The notes under the pieces: generated by a model | What the model was told of the DNA's origin: nothing | The model's input: only the letters and a program-made list of their open reading frames with translations | Databases searched by the model: none | Origin: Candidatus Moraniibacteriota bacterium | GTDB lineage: Bacteria > Patescibacteriota > Minisyncoccia > Moranbacterales > UBA1568 | DNA: 64,000 nt | Direction of reading: 5' to 3' | NCBI GenBank assembly: GCA_052034975.1 | Contig: JBPOIA010000003.1 | Span: forward strand, 49,251-113,250 | Program-made: the position numbers and the translations under genes | In this document: in pieces, positions 10,629 to 19,629 of the stretch | How the letters are laid out: each line of letters starts with the position of its first letter | How positions within the stretch are numbered: the stretch's first letter is position 1

Positions 10629-11900
10629 ATGCGCGAAATCCTCATCAACATCTTCAGGATATCCGAACTTCGGAATAAGATTTTTTTCATTCTCGGTCTC
10701 CTCGTCATTTATCGTGCGGCAGCGAACATCCCTCTTCCCGGAGTGGATGTTTTGGCATTGAAACAGTTGTTTGAGGACAATGCGTTTCTTGGACTTCTGA
10801 ACATTTTTTCCGGCGGCGGATTATCCAATATCTCCATCGTGCTGCTTGGTGTCGCGCCATATATCACGGCATCGATCATTATGCAGCTGCTCACGACTAT
10901 CGTGCCGGCGCTCGAACGCCTGTACAAAGAAGAGGGTGAACAGGGCCGTCAGAAGTTCAATATGTGGACACGCTTCCTTACGGTGCCGCTTTCGGCGCTT
11001 CAATCGTTTAGTATGCTTTCGTTACTTCGTTCGCAGAATATCCTGGGAGATATCTCGCCATTTTCGATGGCGGTCATCATTATTAGCGCTACGGCTGGTA
11101 CCGTTTTTCTGATGTGGCTCGGCGAACTTATCACCGAAAAGGGGCTTGGGAACGGCGTCTCGATGATCATTTTCGCCGGAATCATCTCGGGATTACCGAC
11201 CGCCTTTTCCCGTTTTATCGCAACGTGGGATCCTTCGCAGATATTCACGTATCTCCTGTTCTTCCTCTTGGCGGCCGTAACGATCGCGGGTGTCATCTTC
11301 ATCAACGAAGGACAGCGGACGATTCCGGTGGCCTATGCCAAACGGGTGCGTGGAGCGCAGGTCTATGGCGGCGCGGCAACACATCTTCCACTCAAGGTCA
11401 ATCAGGCCGGTGTTATCCCGATCATTTTTGCGGTGTCGCTCATTCTGATCCCGACGATGGTGGCCAATTTCTTGGCCCAGAGCGCGAACGGCAAAGTCGC
11501 CAGCATCGCGGTCTCGGTCGGCGGATGGCTGCAAGATCAACTGGTGTACGGAAGCCTCTATTTTTTCCTGGTGGTGCTGTTCACGTATTTCTATACCGCC
11601 GTCGTATTCGATCCGAACAAGATTTCTGAGAATCTCCAAAAGCAAGGCGGTTATATCCCGGGTATCCGACCGGGGCACACGACCGCCGAATATCTGTATC
11701 ATATCATCAATCGCATTACGCTCGCGGGTTCGGTATTCCTGGGCGTTATTGCTGTCCTGCCGTTCGTCGTGCAGGGAATGACAGGAATTCAAGCGCTTTC
11801 TTTGGGTGGTGTAAGTATCCTCATCGTCGTTTCGGTCGTACTCGAGACGATCAAACATATCCAAAGTCAACTTACGATGCGCAGTTACGAATCTTTCTAA
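10629..11900 (+). CDS. secY: Preprotein translocase subunit SecY
   Basis: About 10 TM segments; PYITASII, GLGNGVS, IPGIRPG. Confidence 0.99.
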   Translation: MREILINIFRISELRNKIFFILGLLVIYRAAANIPLPGVDVLALKQLFEDNAFLGLLNIFSGGGLSNISIVLLGVAPYITASIIMQLLTTIVPALERLYKEEGEQGRQKFNMWTRFLTVPLSALQSFSMLSLLRSQNILGDISPFSMAVIIISATAGTVFLMWLGELITEKGLGNGVSMIIFAGIISGLPTAFSRFIATWDPSQIFTYLLFFLLAAVTIAGVIFINEGQRTIPVAYAKRVRGAQVYGGAATHLPLKVNQAGVIPIIFAVSLILIPTMVANFLAQSANGKVASIAVSVGGWLQDQLVYGSLYFFLVVLFTYFYTAVVFDPNKISENLQKQGGYIPGIRPGHTTAEYLYHIINRITLAGSVFLGVIAVLPFVVQGMTGIQALSLGGVSILIVVSVVLETIKHIQSQLTMRSYESF

Positions 11901-11904
11901 CGCG

Positions 11905-12558
11905 ATGTCGAATAAAAACTATATCTTGCTCGGGCCGCCGGGAAGCGGCAAGAGCACCCAAGCGGAGCTTTTGAGGAAGGCATTCAGCCTCGTCCATATC
12001 GATATGGGCTCGGAATTGCGCGCGGCCGCCGAAGAGGATACGCCGCTCGGGCATACGCTGAACGATATCATCAATCGGCGGCGCGATTTGGTGCCGGACG
12101 AGATTATGCACTCAGTTTTAGGGAATGCGATTCGACGTGTTCCCGCTGACCAGGGGATTCTCATCGACGGAGCGCCTCGTCGCGAAAGTCAGATTGATGA
12201 AGTGGTCAGCGTCCTTGGCTCATTCGGACGGACCATCGATAAGGTTATTTTCATACGGTTGTCGGAAGCGGTATCTGTGGAGCGCATTTCCAAGCGCTTT
12301 CTGTGTTTCGGCTGCCATCGGCCGTATATTTTTGGCAAAGACATAACGGAGAAGGACGCGCGTTGCACGGTGTGCGGCGGGAAGATCAGTCAACGAAAAG
12401 ATGATACTGCCGCCGGCGTAAAAAAACGCTTCCAAATTTTCCATTCGGAAACATTGCCAGTCATCAAACATTTTGAACAGGAAGGAAAGCTTCTGTCTGT
12501 TGACGGCGATCGTGAGGCACAGGCGATTTTTGACGATATTGCCCGAGGAATGAATTGA
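11905..12558 (+). CDS. adk: Adenylate kinase with Zn-binding LID
   Basis: GPPGSGKSTQ, IDGAPR, CFGC..CTVC, RKDD. Confidence 0.93.
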   Translation: MSNKNYILLGPPGSGKSTQAELLRKAFSLVHIDMGSELRAAAEEDTPLGHTLNDIINRRRDLVPDEIMHSVLGNAIRRVPADQGILIDGAPRRESQIDEVVSVLGSFGRTIDKVIFIRLSEAVSVERISKRFLCFGCHRPYIFGKDITEKDARCTVCGGKISQRKDDTAAGVKKRFQIFHSETLPVIKHFEQEGKLLSVDGDREAQAIFDDIARGMN

Positions 12559-12568
12559 TAAGTATCCT

Positions 12569-13339
12569 ATGTCATCGGATTGGATAAAAACCGAAGACGA
12601 GCTTAGGCGCTTTCGCGAATCGGGAAAGCGTTTGGCATACGTATTGTCCGAGATCGGCCGGAATATTCGGCCGGAAATGACGACGTTCGATATCGATATT
12701 CTGGCGGAGCGTCTCATCCGCGAGCAGGGTGGCATCCCGATATTCAAAGGATATGGAACAGGAAAGCCGTTTCCTGCCTCGCTCTGCACATCGCTTAACG
12801 ACGAGGTCGTGCACGGTATTCCGAGGAAGAATCGAACAATCCGAGAAGGAGATCTTTTAAAACTCGATATCGGGATGCGTTTTGATGGTATGGTGACTGA
12901 TATGGCGCGCACGTTTCCGGTTGGTACGGTGTCGGCGGAAGCGATGAAGCTTCTTTCGGTGACCGAAGAGAGTTTGCGGCGGGGTATCGCCGAGCTTCAT
13001 CCTGGTGCACGGATTTCCGCGTATGCGCGAACAGTGCAAGAGTATGTCGAACAGAACGGATATTCGATCGTGCGCGACTTAGTGGGACACGGAGTGGGTC
13101 GCGAGCTTCATGAGGAACCACAAGTGCCGAATTTCGTATCCCGGGATATGTATGATTTCGTCATCGAGCGCGGAATGACGCTTGCGCTTGAACCGATGGT
13201 GAACAAGGGAGCGTTTACCGTGAAGATCGCTCCGGACGATTGGACATTCGTGACTGCTGACGGATCGCTTTCGGCGCACTTCGAAGATTCGGTCATCATT
13301 ATGGAAAATGGCGCGGAGACCGTAACTTTGTTTGATTGA
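12569..13339 (+). CDS. map: Type I methionine aminopeptidase
   Basis: VVHGIP, GHGVGRELHEEP, EPM, SAHFE. Confidence 0.98.
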   Translation: MSSDWIKTEDELRRFRESGKRLAYVLSEIGRNIRPEMTTFDIDILAERLIREQGGIPIFKGYGTGKPFPASLCTSLNDEVVHGIPRKNRTIREGDLLKLDIGMRFDGMVTDMARTFPVGTVSAEAMKLLSVTEESLRRGIAELHPGARISAYARTVQEYVEQNGYSIVRDLVGHGVGRELHEEPQVPNFVSRDMYDFVIERGMTLALEPMVNKGAFTVKIAPDDWTFVTADGSLSAHFEDSVIIMENGAETVTLFD

Positions 13340-13346
13340 GAACTCT

Positions 13347-13763
13347 ATGACAGAGGGGAACGAGCACTATTTGGGCATCGACTGGGGATCAGCAAAAGTC
13401 GGGTTGTCGCTCGCCCATAGCGAAACCGGTCTCGCACTTCCGTATGCCACACTTCCGAATAACAAAGATCTCATTCGGAAGATCGGAGAAATCATCGTGC
13501 GCGAAGAGGTAGGCACGGTCGTGATCGGTATCCCGTCATATGTAAACCGTGAGGAAGTGGAATATCCGGGAGAAGCGTTCGGGAGACTTCTTGCCGGGCA
13601 TTTTCCGGTCCGAATCGCGTATCAAAATGAGATGTTTACAACCAAGTTGGCCAGGGAACACCTGATCGCTGTCGGTGCCAGGAGAATTTCTGAACACGAC
13701 GACGAGGAAGCCGCGAAAATCATCCTTCAGGAGTGGCTTGATAATTTGAAGAAGGATACATAG
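13347..13763 (+). CDS. ruvX: YqgF/RuvX pre-16S rRNA nuclease
   Basis: LGIDWG, VVIGIP, NEMFTT, D..AAKIILQ. Confidence 0.88.
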   Translation: MTEGNEHYLGIDWGSAKVGLSLAHSETGLALPYATLPNNKDLIRKIGEIIVREEVGTVVIGIPSYVNREEVEYPGEAFGRLLAGHFPVRIAYQNEMFTTKLAREHLIAVGARRISEHDDEEAAKIILQEWLDNLKKDT

Positions 13764-13840
13764 ACGCCCGATGCGCGCCTTTTTCTTTTGTGGTACAATA
13801 AAGACGCGATTCCTGAAATGTCATAACCGCTATTTTCCTT

Positions 13841-14611
13841 ATGGAACAGCCATTTTTGTCAGTCATCATTCCTGCCTATAAAGAAGGGGAGCGTATCGGC
13901 CGGAATTTACTCGAGATAGATAAATATCTCAAAGGAAAGAATTACACATACGAGATTGTCGTCGTTGTGGATGGGTCGCCAGACAATACCGCTGAGGTAG
14001 CGCGAAATTATTCGCTCCAAGTGCCGAATTTGCGTGTCATCGAGAATTCGGAAAACCACGGCAAAGGATACGTCGTTCGTCAGGGGCTCCTTGAAGCCAA
14101 AGGAAACCGAAGGCTTTTTCTTGATGCCGACGGTTCGACATCTATCACGCATCTTGACGCTTTCCTTCCGCAGTTCGAGCAGGGTTACGATGTCGTCATT
14201 GGATCGCGGGATATTGAAGGATCATTCATCCAAGTCCACCAGCAGAAGTGGCGTGAGGTTTTTGGTGATATGGGGAATTGGGCCATTCGCATTGTGCTCG
14301 GTCTTTGGAAATATCCCGATACGCAGTGTGGTTTCAAGATGCTTTCCGGGGAAGCTGCCGATCAGGTCGCGAAGCGTATGGTCGTTGACCGGTTCGGATT
14401 CGATTTCGAACTTATCATTCTCGCGATCAAGCTCGGTTTTACGGTGAAACAGATGCCAGTACGCTGGATGAATGAGGAGGGTTCCACGGTAAAGTTGTTC
14501 GGACCAAATGGATACGTGCAGGTGTTCGTCGATCTTTTCAAGACCAAATGGCGATTGCTCACCGGTTCCTATCGTATTCGGGAATATCAGAAGCGAGGAC
14601 CGACAGCGTGA
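13841..14611 (+). CDS. GT2 polyprenyl-phosphate glycosyltransferase (ALG5/DPM1-like)
   Basis: SVIIPAY, VVDGSPD, NHGKG, DAD, DTQCGFK, FDFEL. Confidence 0.88.
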   Translation: MEQPFLSVIIPAYKEGERIGRNLLEIDKYLKGKNYTYEIVVVVDGSPDNTAEVARNYSLQVPNLRVIENSENHGKGYVVRQGLLEAKGNRRLFLDADGSTSITHLDAFLPQFEQGYDVVIGSRDIEGSFIQVHQQKWREVFGDMGNWAIRIVLGLWKYPDTQCGFKMLSGEAADQVAKRMVVDRFGFDFELIILAIKLGFTVKQMPVRWMNEEGSTVKLFGPNGYVQVFVDLFKTKWRLLTGSYRIREYQKRGPTA

Positions 14612-14642
14612 GTGTCACACCGAAATCAGCAAAAAGAAAAAA

Positions 14643-15674
14643 ATGACCGAGACAACCGTCGAAAAAACAAAAAACGCGACGCCGTACGAATCCGAGCTCA
14701 GGCAGGATATCGTGACTGGCGACTGGGTAGTGATTGCGACCGGCCGGGCCAAGCGACCGAACGATTTTGTGAAGCCGGATCATTTTCGGACTATCGATCA
14801 GGACGATCCCTTCGAACATCCCGAATCAAGTGGACAGGAGAAGGACGTGCTCATTTACCGGCGCGACGATGGTGATTGGAGTCTGCGTGTATTTCCGAAC
14901 AAATACCCGGCATTCTCGCGTGGACGCGTAGCCAAAGATCTTTCCGAAGGGCCGTATTTTTCGATGAGCGGATCGGGATATCACGAAGTGGTCGTTACGA
15001 GGGATGCACGGAAATCCATCGCGCTTCTCGAAACGTGGCAGGTTGCCGAGGTGTTGGATGCGTATCAGGAACGATTCCTCGCTCTGATGAACAAGAAAAG
15101 CGTCAATTATATCCAAATTTTCCACAATCACGGCAAGGAGGCGGGGGCATCCATCGCGCATCCGCACTCGCAGCTGATGGCTATTCCTGTTATTTCGCCG
15201 TATATTGATCTCGAATTGCGTGGTGCCGAACAGTATTACAAGCAGAATCGTCAGAAGGTTTTCGGTGTCGTCGCCGAATATGAGGGCGAGTCCCAGAAAC
15301 GGCTCGTGTTTGAGAACGATCACTTCATTGCTTTCTGTCCGTTCGCTTCGCGGGCGGCATTTGAGGTATGGATTGTTGGGAAACGGCCGAACCCGTATTT
15401 CGAACGGATTACTGATGAAGAGAAATTCGCCTGCGCTGAGGCGTTGCGGATGACGCTTCGCTCCGTTTATGACGGCTTGAACGATCCGCCGTACAATTTC
15501 TATATCCATACGGCACCCTGCGATGGTAGGGATTACCCGCAGTATCAGTGGCATATCGAGATCCTTCCGCATACGGCGACATGGGCCGGCTTCGAGCTTT
15601 CCACGGGCATCGAGATTTCCACGATTCAGCCGGAGGCGGCCGCCGAATACCTTCGCTCGAAGATTGCTTCATAA
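14643..15674 (+). CDS. galT: GalT-family (HIT) sugar-1-phosphate nucleotidyltransferase
   Basis: RAKRP, PNKYPA, AGASIAHPHSQ, WHIEILP, AGFEL. Confidence 0.88.
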   Translation: MTETTVEKTKNATPYESELRQDIVTGDWVVIATGRAKRPNDFVKPDHFRTIDQDDPFEHPESSGQEKDVLIYRRDDGDWSLRVFPNKYPAFSRGRVAKDLSEGPYFSMSGSGYHEVVVTRDARKSIALLETWQVAEVLDAYQERFLALMNKKSVNYIQIFHNHGKEAGASIAHPHSQLMAIPVISPYIDLELRGAEQYYKQNRQKVFGVVAEYEGESQKRLVFENDHFIAFCPFASRAAFEVWIVGKRPNPYFERITDEEKFACAEALRMTLRSVYDGLNDPPYNFYIHTAPCDGRDYPQYQWHIEILPHTATWAGFELSTGIEISTIQPEAAAEYLRSKIAS

Positions 15675-15694
15675 ACTCTTTCCGGAAGATTCTT

Positions 15695-16486
15695 ATGCCG
15701 ATACGTACGTTTTATGTTGTGGGAAATCTGAAGATGAATATGCTCTCGCGCGAGGAAGCGGCGCAGTATCTTGCCGTTTTCGATCGGGAAGCGCAGAGCA
15801 AAGAATACGCGAATGTTCTCGGTATCGTGTGTCCGTCGTTCGTGTATATTTCCCAGTTCGATAGTTTGCCTTCTGTCGTCAAAAAGGGTGCTCAGGATGT
15901 TTTTTGGGAAAAATCCGGTGCGTATACCGGAGAGATTTCCCCGGCGATGCTCAAGGATCAGGGTGTCGAATACGTCCTGATTGGCCATAGTGAACGGCGG
16001 ATATACGGTGGAGAAACGAATGAACAGATACGGGAGAAAACGATCGCTGCGCTCAAACATCATTTGACACCGATCGTATGTATCGGCGAAACGGATGCGG
16101 AGCGGCGCAATGAGAAGACCGATGTCGCGATCGCCAAACAGGTGGAAAGCGTTTTTTCTGGATTGTCGAAAGCGCAGGCGGAAAAAATCATCCTCGCGTA
16201 CGAACCGCGCTGGGCTATCGGAACGGACAAAACACCAACGACAGCAGAGATTCTCCAGGTACGCGTCCTTTTACGCAAGATGCTCACGGAATCGTTCGAT
16301 GTTCAGACCGCGGAGAGGATCGCGGTTCTCTATGGCGGATCGGTAAAGAGCGGATTTTTGCCAACGGTATCGTGGGAAGCGCAAATGGATGGCGTGCTCG
16401 TCGGGCGCGAAAGCCTGTTTCCGTACGAGCTTCTAAAAATGATGACGATGTTTCAAGAAGAAGCGGATCGGCAGAAGGGAACATAA
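15695..16486 (+). CDS. tpiA: Triosephosphate isomerase (divergent)
   Basis: GNLKMN, GAYTGEIS, GHSERR, AYEPRWAIGT, LYGGSV. Confidence 0.93.
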   Translation: MPIRTFYVVGNLKMNMLSREEAAQYLAVFDREAQSKEYANVLGIVCPSFVYISQFDSLPSVVKKGAQDVFWEKSGAYTGEISPAMLKDQGVEYVLIGHSERRIYGGETNEQIREKTIAALKHHLTPIVCIGETDAERRNEKTDVAIAKQVESVFSGLSKAQAEKIILAYEPRWAIGTDKTPTTAEILQVRVLLRKMLTESFDVQTAERIAVLYGGSVKSGFLPTVSWEAQMDGVLVGRESLFPYELLKMMTMFQEEADRQKGT

Positions 16487-16496
16487 GTGAAAGGAT

Positions 16497-17354
16497 ATGC
16501 TCACGAACGTCAAGGAAATATTGGAACAAGCAAAGACCGGTGGATATGCTGTCGGCGCGTTCAACACGGTCAATCTCGAAACGACGCGGGCGATCCTCGA
16601 GACGGCCGCCGAGCTCTCTTCTCCCGTCATCGTGCAGATGACGGAAAAAACGTTCGATTTCGCCGGTGGACGAGCGATCTTTCATTTGGTAAAAAACATT
16701 GCCGAATTTTACGCCAAGGATATTCCGGTGGGTATCCATCTCGATCACGGGAAGAGTTTCGAAGTCGTGGAGCGGGCGATGGATATCGGTTTTACCTCGG
16801 TGATGTATGACGGTTCACGCAAAGGATATGCCGATAATCTGATGATGACGAAAAGGATCGTGGAAATCGCCCATAGCCGCGGTGTCGTGGTGCAAGCGGA
16901 GCTCGGGAACGTGCCCTATCTCGGAGAAATGCAGATGGATACGATACAATGGGAAAAATATATGACTGATCCCGATCAGGCGGCGCAATTCGTCCGTGAG
17001 ACGGGCATCGATACGCTGGCGGTCGCGATCGGAAATGCGCACGGATTTTTTCGCGAGCGTTCCGAGCCCGATTACGATCGGTTGACGGCTATCGCATCGA
17101 TCGTCGATATTCCGCTCGTTCTGCACGGAGCATCGGATTGGCAAAACGGACGTGTGAAAGAAGTCATCAAGCGGGGGATCAATTGTTTCAACGTCGATAC
17201 TGCCCTCCGGATGGCTTTCATTGGCGGATTGCGCGATGCTCTCCGTTCCGAAGAAGAAATGGATCTGCGCAAGGTAATGGGAAACGCCAAGGAATATACC
17301 AAAAACGCCGTAAAGGAAAAGATGGTCATTTTCGGCAGTGCCGGGAAGGCGTAA
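16497..17354 (+). CDS. fba: Class II fructose-bisphosphate aldolase
   Basis: HLDHG, SVMYDGS, AIGNAHG, PLVLHGAS. Confidence 0.95.
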   Translation: MLTNVKEILEQAKTGGYAVGAFNTVNLETTRAILETAAELSSPVIVQMTEKTFDFAGGRAIFHLVKNIAEFYAKDIPVGIHLDHGKSFEVVERAMDIGFTSVMYDGSRKGYADNLMMTKRIVEIAHSRGVVVQAELGNVPYLGEMQMDTIQWEKYMTDPDQAAQFVRETGIDTLAVAIGNAHGFFRERSEPDYDRLTAIASIVDIPLVLHGASDWQNGRVKEVIKRGINCFNVDTALRMAFIGGLRDALRSEEEMDLRKVMGNAKEYTKNAVKEKMVIFGSAGKA

Positions 17355-17377
17355 AATATCGTATTAATGGAATTTTT

Positions 17378-18382
17378 ATGACGAAAAAGAGAATCGCTAT
17401 CAACGGATTCGGCCGGATCGGTCGGGCGGCATTCAAGATCGCATTGGAGAAGAACGATCTCGAGATCGTCGCTATCAACGACCTTACGAGTCCGGATATC
17501 CTGGCACATCTCCTCCGTTATGATACGGCGTACGGGCACTATCGTCGGTCGGTTGAAGCGGGAGAAAAGTCTCTTCTTGTGGACAAGACGGAATTTCCGG
17601 TATATGCCGAACCGGATCCGAAGAAACTTCCCTGGAAGGATCTTCGTGTAGATGTCGTCCTCGAATGCACCGGACGGTTTACCGACAAGGGGAGTGCGGC
17701 ACAGCATATCGAGGCCGGTGCCAAGAAAGTCATCCTTTCCGCACCTTCCAAGGGCGATGATGGTTCTGTGCCGACATTCCTTATCGGCGTGAATGATGAC
17801 ACCTACGCGAATGAGACAGTGATTTCCAATGCCTCCTGTACGACGAATTGTCTCGCACCTGTCGCTCAGGTGCTTCACGACGCGTTTGGCATCGAGAAAG
17901 CTATTATGACGACGATCCATTCTTATACCGCCGATCAAAATCTGCAGGATGGTCCGCACAAGGACCTGCGTCGCGCCCGGGCTGCCGCGCAGAATATCGT
18001 CCCGACGACGACCGGTGCCGCCCTCGCCGTAACACAGGTCATCCCAGAGCTTAAAGGACTTTTTGATGGGCTTTCGATGCGCGTTCCAACGATCGTGGTG
18101 TCACTTTCAGATTTCACGTTTGTGCTCAAACAATCGGTAACCAAAGAAGCCGTGAACGAAGCGCTTCGCAAGGCGGCCGCCGAAGTGAAATACAAGAATG
18201 TTTTGGCGGTGACCGATGAGCCGCTCGTTTCGTCAGATTTTATTGGGAATCCATATTCAAGCATCGTGGATTTGTCGCTGACCAAGGTGATCGGAGGCGA
18301 CTTGGTGAAAGTGGTCGCGTGGTACGATAACGAATGGGGGTATTCGAACCGTCTTATCGAGATGGCAGAACGTATCGGATAA
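17378..18382 (+). CDS. gap: Type I glyceraldehyde-3-phosphate dehydrogenase
   Basis: INGFGRIGR, SNASCTTNCLAP, WYDNEWGYS. Confidence 0.99.
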   Translation: MTKKRIAINGFGRIGRAAFKIALEKNDLEIVAINDLTSPDILAHLLRYDTAYGHYRRSVEAGEKSLLVDKTEFPVYAEPDPKKLPWKDLRVDVVLECTGRFTDKGSAAQHIEAGAKKVILSAPSKGDDGSVPTFLIGVNDDTYANETVISNASCTTNCLAPVAQVLHDAFGIEKAIMTTIHSYTADQNLQDGPHKDLRRARAAAQNIVPTTTGAALAVTQVIPELKGLFDGLSMRVPTIVVSLSDFTFVLKQSVTKEAVNEALRKAAAEVKYKNVLAVTDEPLVSSDFIGNPYSSIVDLSLTKVIGGDLVKVVAWYDNEWGYSNRLIEMAERIG

Positions 18383-18401
18383 GGAAAAGACAGGCACTCT
18401 T

Positions 18402-19613
18402 ATGAAAAAAAAGGAGGCACGTCCGGCGACGGATGTGGAACAATATAATGTCCGTTTGGAGGAAATCGCTGAAACAAGATTCGGAACGTTTTCCGATGAA
18501 GAAATCGCGGTCATTCTCAATGAGCGCCGGGAAATATCCGATTTTTTGGAACGCGAAGAGACGCGGCGCCGCGAAGAGGAGGCTCGCTTCCAGTCGCTCG
18601 AACGCGAACGATCCGAAATAGAAGAACAGCTCAGTACGCTCAATCGATCCATTTCTCCCGATAAGGATGATGACGAGCTTCTGAAACTGATAGAGGAACG
18701 CCGGACGCTTGAGAAACAGCTTGAACGTATTCGGCAGGAGTTGAGAGCGTCGGAGAACATTGTTTTAGAAAAAGGAGCGGCTGCGCAAGAAGGAGATGTC
18801 CCGTCGACACCGGAGACTTCCGTTTTGGATACCGAAGAAGACAACCGTCCTTCTCGAGAGGAAAAACCGCAGGAAAACCGAAAAGAACCAAAAGAAGAGT
18901 TGACAGAAGAGGCTTCTCCCGAGCCGATTGAATCTTCAGAAACAGTCCCGAGCGTTTCTTTGAAACAGGATTTCGGTGAACAGAAAATCGACATCAATCA
19001 GCTTGAAGAGAGCGCAGAAATGAGAGAATACCTCAAACAGCTGCAAGGGAATGTCGAATCTTTGGGAATGCTGCTTCAGGGGATGCCGGACACGGCCAAG
19101 GCTAATCGCGTGTTTATGCTGAAAGTGGCAGAAATCGACCCGGCGTACGCGATGCACTACGCGAGTGACACGCTCAGGCACGACGAACATTTCAACGTAC
19201 TGGTTGCTGGAATGCCGAATCGGCGCAACTCTGGAAACGCGCTGTCCGAAATGCTTCCTGAAGCACGGACGGCTCCGGTCGTTATGGCCGGTGTCAAGCA
19301 GGATTTCCGGAATATCCGGTTCGCGTCGCCCGATATGGAAGGGTATCGAGAGATGATTGATATCGCGAAAAAAGGCGCCTTGCAGAAACTGAAAGCGTTA
19401 AAGGAAAGTGTCGATGTCACGCTTCTTATCCCGAAGATCCTACAGAAAGATAAGGAATTTATGGGCGAAGCGGAACGATTGGTTATGTCGGGATCTCCAA
19501 AAGACGAGACAGATGCCGAACCGAAAGCGAAAGAAGAGCGTTCTGCGTTGAAAACTCCGGCTTCAACCAAGGAGGAGCGAAGCGTCTGGCGCATCCATCA
19601 TAGCGAGCTATAA
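18402..19613 (+). CDS. Hypothetical protein: coiled coil, acidic linker, helical-repeat (DUF4116-like) C-terminus
   Basis: 403-aa ORF; Glu/Arg heptads; repeated A..YAS..LR.D..F-type units. Confidence 0.7.
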   Translation: MKKKEARPATDVEQYNVRLEEIAETRFGTFSDEEIAVILNERREISDFLEREETRRREEEARFQSLERERSEIEEQLSTLNRSISPDKDDDELLKLIEERRTLEKQLERIRQELRASENIVLEKGAAAQEGDVPSTPETSVLDTEEDNRPSREEKPQENRKEPKEELTEEASPEPIESSETVPSVSLKQDFGEQKIDINQLEESAEMREYLKQLQGNVESLGMLLQGMPDTAKANRVFMLKVAEIDPAYAMHYASDTLRHDEHFNVLVAGMPNRRNSGNALSEMLPEARTAPVVMAGVKQDFRNIRFASPDMEGYREMIDIAKKGALQKLKALKESVDVTLLIPKILQKDKEFMGEAERLVMSGSPKDETDAEPKAKEERSALKTPASTKEERSVWRIHHSEL

Positions 19614-19629
19614 GGAGATAAAGGATACC

